NCBI GenBank assembly: GCA_030324005.1
Contig: JARDVH010000099.1
Coordinates: 53,362,297-53,426,296, forward strand
Direction: 5' to 3'
DNA from: Negaprion brevirostris
Lineage: Eukaryota
DNA length: 64,000 bases
The notes below the pieces were generated by a model. It was not told the DNA's origin. It ran no database searches and saw nothing but the letters and a program-made list of their open reading frames with translations. The stretch's first letter is position 1; each line of letters opens with the position of its first letter. This document shows, piece by piece, positions 24,225 to 35,985 of the stretch. Position numbers and translations under genes: made by a program.

Positions 24225-24490
24225 CAGGTGGTGCTGTGGTTAGTACTGCTGCCTCACAGCGCCAGGGACCTGGGTTCCATTCCTGGCTTGGATCACTGTC
24301 TGTGTGGAAATACACATTCTGCCGCCTCTGTGTGGGTTTCTTCCAAGTGCTCTGGTTTCCTCCCACACTCCAAAAGACGTACTGGTTATGCGCATTGAGC
24401 TTGCTGATCTCAGTGTACCCGAACAGATGCTGGAATGTGGTGACGAGGAGATTTTCGCATAACTTCACTGTTGTGTTAATGTAAACCTAA
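24225..24490 (+). mobile_element. V-SINE, type B tail
   Basis: Head GTGGTTAGTACTGCTGCCTCACAGCGCCAGGG, V-domain and CTCAGTGTACCCGAACAG tail. Confidence 0.9.
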
Positions 24491-25039
24491 CACTTAAGCT
24501 AACATTGAATTTGTCCTACGATGCATCTGGTCTAAAGGACAGACCGTCTAAAGGCAACATGGCTGAATTACGTATAAAGTGAGGAATCTGTGAATCATAT
24601 TGAAGCCATTCAAATTAAGTCATTTTAAGTTCACAATTTCTATTGAGTTCTGCGATGTCAGGAATTATACACTGCTGCATTGCAGATCCTGTGCTGCTCC
24701 TGGCACCTGCTCTCATCTGAATCAAATGTGCTTGCAACCTAGATGGCATTCAAGGTAGTTATAGTGCACAACAGTTTACTCAGGTTTTAGAATTCAAGAA
24801 AATTGCTTATTTACAATGAATGTGCAAGTGATCATTAGTTTTGTACATTTCTACAATGGATACTTATCTTCATATTTTATTTCCAGCTCTCTTCAACTTA
24901 CTGAGCCCTGTAGCAATGACTTGCACAATATCCTCTGCTTAAATTCCTTAAATTCAACACAATGCTGAATAGATACTCCTGCTCAGCATCAGTGCAACAT
25001 AGATGATACCTAGAACTCAGTAATCTTGGAAATTGAGTG

Positions 25040-25195
25040 TGCCTCCCTAAATTGCTCTGCCTCCCAACCTCTCTCCTCCTTAAAAATGGTCCTTAAAACC
25101 CGCCTCTAATATTGCTTTATGAAACTTGGTGTCAAATTTTGTTTAACACTCATGTGAAGCTCCTTGGGATTTTTTTCTGCTATTAAATGCACTAT
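25040..25195 (+). mobile_element. L2 LINE 3' end
   Basis: TGTGAAGCTCCTTGGGATTTTTTCTGCTATTAAATGCACTAT, the L2 tail motif. Confidence 0.65.
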
Positions 25196-25240
25196 GGCAT
25201 TTGACAGTGCAGTGGCATTGTCACTGGACAAGTAATCCAA

Positions 25241-25460
25241 AGAATCCCTACAGTGCAAAAAGAGGCCATTCGGCTCATTGAGTCTGAATCAACTTTCCAA
25301 AAGAGCATCCCACTCAGGCTCTCCCCTCTGCCCTCTCCCGATAATGTTGCACATCTTTGGACTGTGTGAGAAAACCAGAACATCTGGGAAAAACGCACAC
25401 ACATGGAAGAATGTGCAAACTCCACAAACCTGGCCTCTTAGTGCTGCAAGGCAGCAGTGT
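25241..25460 (-). mobile_element. HE1-type V-SINE, degenerate
   Basis: Tail AGAATCCCTACAGTGC...GGCCATTCGG and V-domain on the reverse strand. Confidence 0.8.
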
Positions 25461-25770
25461 CATAGAATCCCTACAGTACACAGGGAGGCCATTTGGCCCA
25501 TCAATTATGTACCAACCACAATCCCACCTAGGCTCTATTCCTGTAATCCTACACATTTACCCTGCTAATCCCCCTGAGTCAAGGGTCAATTTAGCATGGC
25601 CAATCAACCTAATCCGCAGATTTTTGGACTGTGAGAAGAAACCAGAGCAAGCACAAACCCACGGAGACATGGGGAGAATGTGCAAACCGCACACAGACAG
25701 TCGCCCAAGGCTGGAATTGAATCTGGGCCCCTGGCATTGTGAGGCAGCATTGCTAACCACTGTGTCATCC
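25461..25770 (-). mobile_element. HE1-type V-SINE, near full length
   Basis: CATAGAATCCCTACAG tail through the GAGGCAGCATTGCTAACCACTGTG head (reverse strand). Confidence 0.92.
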
Positions 25771-26759
25771 AGGCAGTCCATTGCAATCCAAAGACCAGGG
25801 CAAGTTCTAGGGACCCAGGTTCAAATTCCACTGTTGCACATGGTAGAATTTGAATTCAATAAAAAATCTGGAACTAAAATCTCAGGATGACCATGAAGCC
25901 ATTATCAACTATTGTAAAAATCCACCTGGTTCACTAATGTCTTTTAGGGAAGGAAATCTGCTGTCCTTACCTGGTCTGGCCTACATGTGACCCCAGATCA
26001 ACAACAAGGTGATTGACTTACAAGTGCCCTCTGAAATTGAAGGCAGGCCCAGTCAGTGACACCCACATCCCATAAGTGAATACAAAAAGTAACTACATGC
26101 TGTTGCTGTTAACTGAGCTTTTTCTCTCAAAGATGGTTCGCCACTATCCTCTGCAAGGCTTCTGTCCCAGATACTTGCACTAACATTCAACACTCAATAC
26201 TATTTCACTTTCAGTTGTGCAATTTCTTCTGCAGGATCCTGCTGTTTATCACTATCCTCTGAATTATCCAACAAATATATGTGTTGAAAACTAAGAATAA
26301 AATTACTGACAAAAACTAATAGACCATAATATGGAACAGCAAATTTGAAATTTGTTTTGAGAAAATAACACAGCTTGGGGTTTGTGCTTGCAGATTATAA
26401 AACGTCCAAACCTAAGAATGTGTTAATGCCTCATAACACACTCCAATCTACATACATAATGTAGAAACCTCCCTGATTATCACAAATTCTTGTATTTTTT
26501 TCATTTGAAGACACAATGATGTAATTTGATAAGTTGTTCACTGTGCAACTTCATAAATGTGTCATAAGAGAAAGAATTGTAATACTTTACATACAAAAAC
26601 ACATTACAATGTAGAACACAAGATTGTGAAGCAAAAATTGAGCTTTCTGGGTTAATACCACTAAAGTGGGGGAGCAAATTGGCTCACCCGTAGTGTAGAA
26701 TTATCTTATGAATGTACTTTGGAAGCATTTATTAAATGGCTAAACATAGTAAATAGAAT

Positions 26760-27180
26760 GCAGTGAGAGAATCTTGTGTTATTCTCCTTGGAGCACAGGA
26801 ATTTTAAGATGTTTATGGAGGTATTCAAAACCAGAAATGGATTTGATAGAGTACATAAAGAGAAATTATGTCCAGAAGGGTTGGTAGCCAGGGCACATAT
26901 ACTTAAGGTGGTTGCCTTTAAGGTTTTTGCCGAAAGAGCCAGAGATGACATGAGAAAACAGTTTTCTTGACACGGCAAGTTGTTGTGCTCTGGAATGCAC
27001 TGTTCGAAAAGGTTGTGAAACAACAGTAAATTTAAAAAATAGAATTGGATAAATAATTGAAGATAAAAATCATTTTCAGGGCTATGGCAAAGGGTTGGAG
27101 TTGGTGAGGTCCACTGAAAAGCTTACAGAGACATCATGGGCCAAATGGCCTCCTCCAGAGTTGTATCATTCTATGATTTG
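26760..27180 (+). mobile_element. CR1 LINE 3' end
   Basis: Translation LFSLEHR...EVFKTRNGFDRV and the GGGCCAAATGGCCTCCTCC...ATTCTATGATT tail. Confidence 0.85.
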
Positions 27181-27559
27181 CATAAACTTTATAATGTATA
27201 GATCAAGCCCAAGGTCAGATGCACTGCCTTTTCTTATCAGCTTGGGTTTTGTATGTTTCTCTTGTGGCAGCATGAATTGGATTCAATTTGAATTTGACTT
27301 TTTTTTGGAGCAAGAAGGGAGATGGATTAAACGCTTGCTTATCCTGTCCACTAATGTCCGTAACTTTAAGAAATGACTTTTTTAAAAAAAATAGTGAATA
27401 ATTAGTCTCAAAAGTACATTCAAAGTCCTTTTCAGAGCAGGCTGTTTGTACCTGCCCCCGAAATAATGTAGCCAAAATCTCCGTGTTAATAGTTTTTTTT
27501 AAGTAGCATTTAGAGGCACTGAAACACATGAGCTTAACATTCCAAACCAAAATATTTAC

Positions 27560-30500
27560 ATGCAACAAATAAAAGCTCGCCCGCGTACGTAGGTAAATAT
27601 GCCTTAATATATTAGTGTAATGCTTGTGTTAAGTGCTATTTTTAAACGGCAAATTAGAAATATCGAAAGCGGTGAACACGTGCCTGTGTGTGTTTCTGTT
27701 CCATGCAGCCGAGCTTCCCTCTGAGCTGTGCCCAGCTCCCCAGCCTGCTCACTGCAGTCTATCAATCAGGGTGAGATAATGCGTAGTGGCTGCACCTATG
27801 ACAGGTTATGATTGAGTGCTGTGCCCGAGCCCTCTCTATACATGTGGCTCTGTGCTTTTGTCTTGCTTTGGGCCACTTTTGAGGGGTGCGGGGTGGTTTG
27901 CATTCGGCGAGATCATTTGTATAAATGCAGGTACTTATTTTAGCCACAACGCTGTCAATACCAACCAGCAACAGTTAAAACCCTAATGGGGTGTGTTACC
28001 CGAGTCCAAATGTGGACTGGGTCAAAGAGTTCAACAATACACTGTGTGGCCGCCTGTTATTTGGTGTGTCTACAACATCCACTTTTAAGTAAAAAAAAAT
28101 TCTTCCAGCGATTTAATTAATAAACGAATTTCCTTTGTGGGTTCTTTTTTAATCTCCTCCAATGCTCTGACCACACAAACGGGTAGGAAAATAATCTCTG
28201 CAGAATTCTAACGCTGAATATTAAAAAGCGGCAGAGCTAAATGTATCGATGTTCCAACCAAATAAAGTGAGAGGCTGAACCGATGAGCGTGTTTTGATTT
28301 CCAGCCGCGTTCCTCGGAAGGGGTTAACTGGCTTCCCATCAAGATTTCGTTTGATCTCGGGTGACATTTTCAATCCAAGCCGTCACCCAATTGATGATTC
28401 CGGAAAGTTTCTTTCCCGGAAATGTTTGAGGCATCGTGCGTGCCGAGAACGGTTGAAACAAGATTTGTGTGTATGTGAGAGAGAGAGAGAGGCGCAGGGA
28501 ACACAGTGTAAAATGTTAAAAGATATATTTATTTAAAAAAAAACACCCCAAGGACCCTGTCACCTACAGGTGTAGGATATACATTGCGAAAGGGCTGTTG
28601 GTCAGATTAAAGCAAAGGTCAAGATTCCTTCCCCATAATCTAACTAATTGATGTTGATTTGTTGATCTGCTGTGACATGAACCATCAGGTAATTGCAGGC
28701 GTGTCAATTTCCTCTGTCAGTAGCCACAACATAAAAATATTGTGGGGGAAATTAACGCGGGGTTAATTACTGAAAAACAAAACAAAACGTGCAAATAATT
28801 AAAATCGTGCCTGGTTTAAAAAAGAGGTAGAAAAATACAACACAGTCTCAACACGAGATAACCGGGTTACTATGTATCCCCGTTGATAAGGAGAGGAATA
28901 TTATTATAGTCAGCTGGTCAAATTGTGCAAACTGTAATTTACAAAACAGTTCCTCTGCTGACACCCCCCCCCCTCACTTTATTAAAAAAAAAGCACCGTG
29001 TACGTGTCTGCACTGGAATTATTTTAACAAATGATGAATGGGCAAGGCGGAATTACCATTTCCCAGTTAAATGTTTCAGCAAATCGCTGATGGTTTGTCT
29101 CCCCCCTTTAGGGAAGCTATAAAAAGGAACAATAATGGCTGATAGTTGGCTATAAGTTTTCCACAATCACCGGCGGTTTCGAAACTGGCCGTCTTTAAAA
29201 AGGAACATCTGGGGAATGTGCCATATGTTAAAGCTTTGTCTTGTCCTTCAAAGTTAGGCTGCCCTTGAAGTGATTTGTCAGTGGGGCGAAAGTGACAGAA
29301 AGAATATGTGTTGCAGTGGGGCTGGGGTGGAGAACGCGTGCATTGTGGCTGCCTCTGCAACCAGCCACTGAACTGATTAGGGTGTAATTAAAGCCTTAAA
29401 GCTTTCAGATGATCCACCTGGTTATTTGCTAAGTCACCAGCTAATCAGCCAAATGAGCTGTTCCAGTGTGCACATCGGGCCAAGAGCTATACTGATTAAT
29501 GAAGTTTATTGGGAGCTGTTAACGGCATTAACTGGAGAAAATCTATGTAATTCGTCATATTTAGTGAGGGAAATTAAATCTCTGCATGCAAATGAGAACT
29601 GGCAACACACACACACACACAATCTTTTGGAGGTTAAGAAACTGCAAGTGTGTAACTGCACCCAGAGAATTCTGTTATTCCTTCACTAGTGTGCGGGCGC
29701 ATATATACTTCTCAATTCTATAAATAAATGTATAGAACGTATGATGGACAACAGCTATTCGTGGGGTAGGCTGCAGGTGAAGTGGGCTCTTGCAGGGAAA
29801 GAATCAAAACGGCACAAGTCTGTTTTATTTTTCCATCCCATTCCTTTGGTTAATTTTAAGACGAATGTAAACATTTTAAAATGACGTGAATTGGTTCTGC
29901 CCACGAACAAAGACGCGCGGGGAAAAAGGCTCTTTGGAGGAAAAAGAACAGTTTTTGTTTCATTGAGACTGGTAAAATGTTGGGTAAAACAGCGAAACCT
30001 CGTTGCTGCTAGCATTTGATTTCTTCTCCCCTGCATTGCAGGCTACAATGCATATTTTATTTTGCAGGGCAGTAAAATTAATTCAGCCCTTTACTCTCCA
30101 ACAGTGCAGTTATCTCAGCAACATTGAAATTCGCACCAGCCCCACGTGCTAAACATCGTACAAATAGTTCCACACAAGGGAAGGCGATTATGTAAATAGA
30201 CAACGTCCTAAAGTTCGGTAAGGTTAGTACCGAGCTTCAGCCACGAGTTTTGAGTTCCTTTTTACAACACTTTCTGCCTGTGACAACCTTATTGTAAATC
30301 ATCTCCACGCACGTGTAAAACCAAATGAACTGGGCCACTTTCATTGTCTGCTGATCAGGCGAAGATGTGACAAAAACTTGAAGCTCCCAAAACAATGTGC
30401 TCACTCGTAGTCTGAAAGTATTCAGATGTCTGGAGCATGGGTGCAATTTTGAACAGCCACGTAGCGGGGAGCGATGCGTTTATTTGAGCATTTGAGAAAA

Positions 30501-30600
30501 GATGTACATGTTTCACAAATGTATTATGAAAAGGTAAAACCTGCGCAAAATTTAAAATAACGTGCTTTCAAATGAAAGTTTAATAAGTGAATTGTAGTGA
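27560..30600. promoter_or_regulatory. CpG-retaining, transposon-free block; candidate promoter or enhancer cluster
   Basis: Visibly higher CpG density than the rest of the window and no recognisable SINE or LINE. Motifs: CACGTG x3, TTC-N-GAA x3, TATAAAT (27920), TATAAAAAG (29118) and octamer ATGCAAAT (29586). Confidence 0.55.
27709..27770 (+). other. Candidate 62-bp exon
   Basis: Acceptor TGTGTTTCTGTTCCATGCAG|CCG and donor AGG|GTGAGA, with a GC-rich body. Confidence 0.3.
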
Positions 30601-33600
30601 AAGGACCTTAATTGATGGAAATAAATCATGACAGAAAGACAGCCCTCCTTGGGATGTACCCTTTCAAGTGCACACATCAAAATAGTGCTGCAGGTTGGCA
30701 GAATGTATATTTCCAAAATTATGGAAAAGGTATTGTACATACAAAACTAAATAATCATATTTAACTCACATCAGCCTCAGTAACCCTGAATGGATCGTTT
30801 TGAAACCGTATTAAAAGTGGACAAATTTGGAAAGGACGCCTACACAAAATCTTTAGAATTTTGAAACTGCAAATATTCTATTTCTGTTTTAAAAATAAAC
30901 TTACACTTTCCTATTAAAAACAATCATAAGTTCAACTCTCTCTTACTGAAAATATCACTTTTGGTTTGGTTGCTTGCTGGTTTTGTATTTATACAGTATA
31001 CAAAACGTAAGGGCATTCACCAATCTAACATCAAATGGCATGTTATAGCCTCAAGGAGGTGCTGTATACTGGCTGCAGTTTGATTTAAGTCAGAGAAGTT
31101 CATTTACAAGTCCTATTTGAATCCCCTTTCTTATTATATACTGTTAATGCCACTGAAGGAACTAACAGTTCAGGCATCCCATCTGGAACAGTGCACCAGG
31201 TATAAGTGGAAACNNNNNNNNNNNNNNNNNNNNNNNNNNNNNNNNNNNNNNNNNNNNNNNNNNNNNNNNNNNNNNNNNNNACTACTGTACCAGGAGAAAA
31301 CTGCAAAATATGAAGGGGTCAGGATACTGGAGGTCAACTATTAGGACACAGAAACTGGTCATACAGGAGTAAAACTTGCATGAATTGAATCCAATTATAC
31401 CCCTGATGTAAAGGCAGTGAGTGTTCAAGACTTGAGTACAAGAAGTCTGTCAGGATACTACAGTACATTGCATTCTAGCAGATTTGTCAATATTAATGAA
31501 GAGGAAGTAAATAGGACCTCGTGAATGGAAGAGAGAACTGTTAATTTTTTATTGTTCTGTTTTCAGTAAAAGGCCAACAATGTTTATTATGCATTTCAGT
31601 TTAATATCTCTTGGAGGAATAACCTTTTGGAACATAATTATGACAATTGCCTTTGGAACACTGGGGAAGGAGCAGGAGCAGCACTGCCACCTCTTCCCGT
31701 TGTCTACATTTACAATGATACATATATTTCTGAGTATTCTCAGGACTGTACTCCTGAGTGGCCCTGTAACTATTTTGCGAGCTGCAGTGGAGGCTATGAG
31801 CTATATCTGACATGCCAGGGGCTGTTGCAACTAACAAACAACTGCAGTCAATTAATTAAACAACAACTTTCGTTAGTCTTTGCAGAAAGTATTTTGCAAG
31901 TACTCTGCTCCATATATTGTGCCAGAAGTCTACGGTGCTAACAATGAATGTTTTCACTTTCAGGAGAAGTGGCATAATTATCTTACCAGCACGTATTTTG
32001 GAGTCTTGCAGATGATCATGATTTGAAGCAATATTGCACAGCAACTTGAATATGCCATGTTGGTTAGTTTTAAATTTCAGGTGTACCATTTGATCTGATA
32101 TACAATGTCAGAAGGACTAAGCCCCTCACATTTAGACAGGAGAGTACGACTGGATTCTGTATGCATCATAGAAATGCATGCATCAAATGAAATGGCACAG
32201 GGTCCTGTCTGCAAGTAAATTATTGGGCTTTGCTACTTTTAAAAATAACTCGCACTCTCCTTTAAAAGAATATTGCCTTGCTAGCCATACCTCCTGATGT
32301 CTTTAAGATCTGGAAATGCAGCTGTTGCAGAAAAGGAAAGAGGAAACATGTTTATCTTTTTTTCAGTTCTATTATTTTGTACCTCACAGAGTGACACGAA
32401 CGTTTCATTTTTTTAAGTAGGAGAGTAAAGCAATGAAGATAAGTGAAAAGATGTGTCCATTTTAAATATAACAGCAAAATCATTTTAAAGGACGCTATAG
32501 TGTTTATAGCCCAAGGTCCTGGTTTTGCGAGGTCATTAAAGAAGACAGAGAATCCAATAAATGCTGCAATTATTGCCCTAACAAACTGGTGCAAGTTATA
32601 ATTCAAGTTTAATGAAAAATTAAAATGCTATAATCTTAAAATGTAAAAGATTTGGTGTAACTCTTGCTATAACATGCCTTATTAATTTTCAGGGCCTTTT
32701 AATCGAGCTCAGGGTGGAAAATAAAATTTAAAAAACAGATTATTATTGGTTTAAAGGACATGTCCTATTCAAGGTTGGGCTTTAGGCTGCATTTCCAGGG
32801 GCTTATTATATTGTCACTTTTTATAACTACTCCACAATGCTTAGTGAGACTACCAGATATAAAAATAAAACCGATTTCTTACCCACCGCTGTCAACTCTT
32901 GTCACTGAATACAGTCATCTGTCTACAGTACCATCATCGGTAGCTGCAGAAAATGCACGCTGAAGTCAGAGATGCCATTAGAAGGGTATATTATATGGTT
33001 TTACTGTTAATGAAGAAGTCATATACATTATGTATAATATTAATAGTCATTGTATTTCAGACAGTGATAGCAGGAAGAACTGTTGTATTTCTCTAGAGGT
33101 AGAGATTTGACAGGCGACAGTGTTCCTATTCATTACATGTATTTACAAATCTAATTTCAGAATTATTCCAATTTACCACTTGAAAAATGACAACGTGTAG
33201 CCATAAAAATCCTACGCCAAATTAAATTTTACAGGTTTGGACAATGTAAGCAAGCAAGCACATGAAAAAGTTGTTCAACTCAGCTAACTCATTCAGCTAC
33301 TTCTGGTCCTGACAGGTCACTGTTACATGCCTTCTGCATTTCCCTGCTTGCAGCTGGGCAAGGAACTTGTTCATTTTCTTTGTAAATGTTTCAACATTCG
33401 CTCTTTAAGGTAGTAATCTGTTCCACAAATAAACAATTCTACATGATTGTGCTCTTTTCTTTTGTCCAGTACTGGTTCACAGAAAGGACTATTGCCTCAG
33501 CTTTATTTGGTCCCTACATCATTAAAAAATGTTGCATTAAATATCATCCAATGTCAACATGTCAAATACCATCTTAAATGGATGAAAGTTTATTTTATTC

Positions 33601-34709
33601 CTCTTTGTCACAGAATTTATTTAGACCTAGCACTTTGTTACACCACTTTAAAACCTTATCAATGTCCTTTTGGAAATACAATGTCCAGAACTGGGCTCAG
33701 TTAACTCATGTGTAATTCAATCAATACTTCATAGTGCTAATGAAACTGCCTTGAATTTGTATTCTATGATTTTCCATAATGTTCTATCTGCGTTAACAAT
33801 TATTCAAGTCACTAGAATAAACTTTCCACATTTAGCTAATTTGCTAACTTAAATGTGTTTCCTGCTTCACTTAATTATCAACCTTTTATTTTGCAATTAT
33901 GCTGCTATTTCTAAGTATTGAACTACATTGCTTTATATTTCACAATATTAATGCCATTTTTAGTTTTACTGCCCATTTTCATATCTTTCCAGATTGTTTT
34001 GAGTGAAATCAGTCACCGGGTATATACNNNNNNNNNNNTCCACAACCTGTAACCTGCAAAGAAAGAAGATTTAATTACGTTAGTCAATATCATTAATATA
34101 TTTTAAGGCAAGGGTCCCTGAACTGATCTTTAAAAAATTCCAGTGGTCGCAGTTACCCAGTTGAAATGGTTAAACTGATTGCTAAAACTATTAGCAATTT
34201 ATCTAGCCAGTTAATGTAAGTTACAATTTCATCTACATATCCAATAATACTTTCGTTTAAATATAAGTATGCCAAGGCAGACGATATTGAGTGCTTTCTT
34301 AAAATTAATTCATTCATTAACTCAGAGATATGCTCTTCAATCATGACTTAGCTTTCATAACCCATGTTGGCTCCGAATCACTGCCTGAATTTTGTTTTGC
34401 ATCATAGATGAAGAGTTGTCAGATCGTGATCAACACATTTTGCAATATTTTTCACAGCACCCCTTATTTTCAATTTAAACTAGCTGCAAAGCCTTTGGAA
34501 CAATATTCCCTCTAAGCTGTGTGGGAACACTCAAAAGTTCCCATGGGGGCCATGCACAAGCCAGCACCCTTTAAGTTACCACATTTGTATGGCCGCACAA
34601 AAAAAAATGAAGAGGTTCACCTACCAAAGTGAATCAGCCACAATCGACAAAAAAAAATTAAGAAGGTGGGTTGCTTCAGAACATTCTTTAAGCTGCTCAG
34701 AAAATCTTA

Positions 34710-35985
34710 GTCATGATTCAGTGGGTGCCAGTCTCACTTCAAAGTTAGAAGGTTGTGGATTTGTGTGCCACTCCAGGGAGCTTGAGCTCAAAATCTAAAC
34801 CAACACTCCAGTGCAGAAATAACAAATTGCTGGGTTGTTCTACCTGCCCCGAGTGTTGCGAAGGATGGGTCTGGCCACACTGCCGCAGAACGCTCCGAGT
34901 AGTTGGACCGTACCGCAGCACCTGTCCTTCGTGGACAAATTTTTCCGCAAACACACCTTTGACCACACGGCGATTAGGCAGTGGTCAGCGCATAACGTCC
35001 TTGGGGCCCTGAGAGAAAAGGAGACGGCGGATCCTGTTGGATGGTTCCCTGAGCAGACTGTCAGTGTCGTCTGGCAGAACGCCTCATCACCAGAACTGAC
35101 AAACAAGCACCAAGACCTAGCTTGGCTGGTGGTGAGAAGGGCACTCCCCGTCAGATCCTTTATGCACGCTCGAGGTCTCAACAGCACCGCACACTGCCCT
35201 CGAAGCGGCTGCGGGGCAGACGAGACGGTCGCACACCTCCTTGTGGAATGTGCCTTTGCAAAGAANNNNNNNNNNNNNNNNNNNNNNNNNNNNNNNNNNN
35301 NNNNNNNNNNNNNNNNNNNNNNNNNNNNNNNNNNNNNNNNNNNNNNNNNNNNNNNNNNNNNNNNNAATAACGGCACACAGTAATTTATTGAGGCATGTAT
35401 ATAGTTTTAAGTATTGAAGTGTAATGATGGTAATTTGTATAAACCTGCAAAAATGTTTTGATTCTGCATTGTTTGCAATTCAAAGCCCTGTACATTTGCA
35501 ATAGTTTAATTAAGATTTTTATGAATAAAGTATATTTTTGGAAAAAAGAATTGCTGGGTTGTTAAATGTTTTGGATGAAATGTTGAACTGCGGTCTTGGC
35601 GTCCACACATGTGAGGCAGACGTGAAAATTCCATGCGCTAATGGAAGAAGAGCTGGAACACTTTCCCTAATGCTCTGGTGAGTATTTATCAGTCAATCAA
35701 CAGCTAAAAACAAATTACCTGGTATTATTCCTCTTTTCTTATTCATTTATGAGGTATGGGTGACATTGGCTGAGCCAGCACTAATTGTCCATCCCTAGCA
35801 CCCCTCCATTTCAGGAGTCAACTCAGTGCTGTCTTAGAGACTTTGCTGTATGCAAACTGGTTGCTATGTTGTCTGCATTACAACAGTAACTACACTTCAA
35901 AAACAACTTCATTGGCTATAAAACACTTTGGGGTGGTTTGCAGTCATGAAAACTGTGTAAAAACTGCTAGTTCATTTTTCTCTTT
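34710..35985 (+). mobile_element. SacSINE1-like DeuSINE, split by a Tx1-like insertion
   Basis: Head AGAAGGTTGTGGATTTG..CCACTCCAGGGAGCTTGAGC. Deu-like body resumes at 35564 (GGATGAAATGTTGAAC...GAAGAAGAGC). Tail CATTACAACAGTAACTACACTTCAAAA...CATTGGCT. Confidence 0.75.
34840..35548 (+). mobile_element. Tx1/L1-clade LINE, 5'-truncated ORF2 C-terminus plus 3' UTR
   Basis: Open frame up to the gap with the zinc-binding motif CPRSGC..ETVAHLLVEC and DLAWLVVRRALPVR. AATAAA at 35524 and a short A-tail. 15-bp TSD AATTGCTGGGTTGTT at 34825-34839 and 35549-35563. Confidence 0.92.

Larger units (their letters stand above)
25205..26087 (+). mobile_element. Second-family tRNA-headed SINE split by two V-SINEs
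   Basis: Head GTGGCATTGTCACTGGACAAGTAATCCA (to about 25240) resumes at 25785 with GGTTCAAATTCCAC and the GGAAGGAAATCTGCTGTCCTTACC core. AATCCAAAGA is repeated at 25234-25243 and 25785-25794. Confidence 0.8.
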
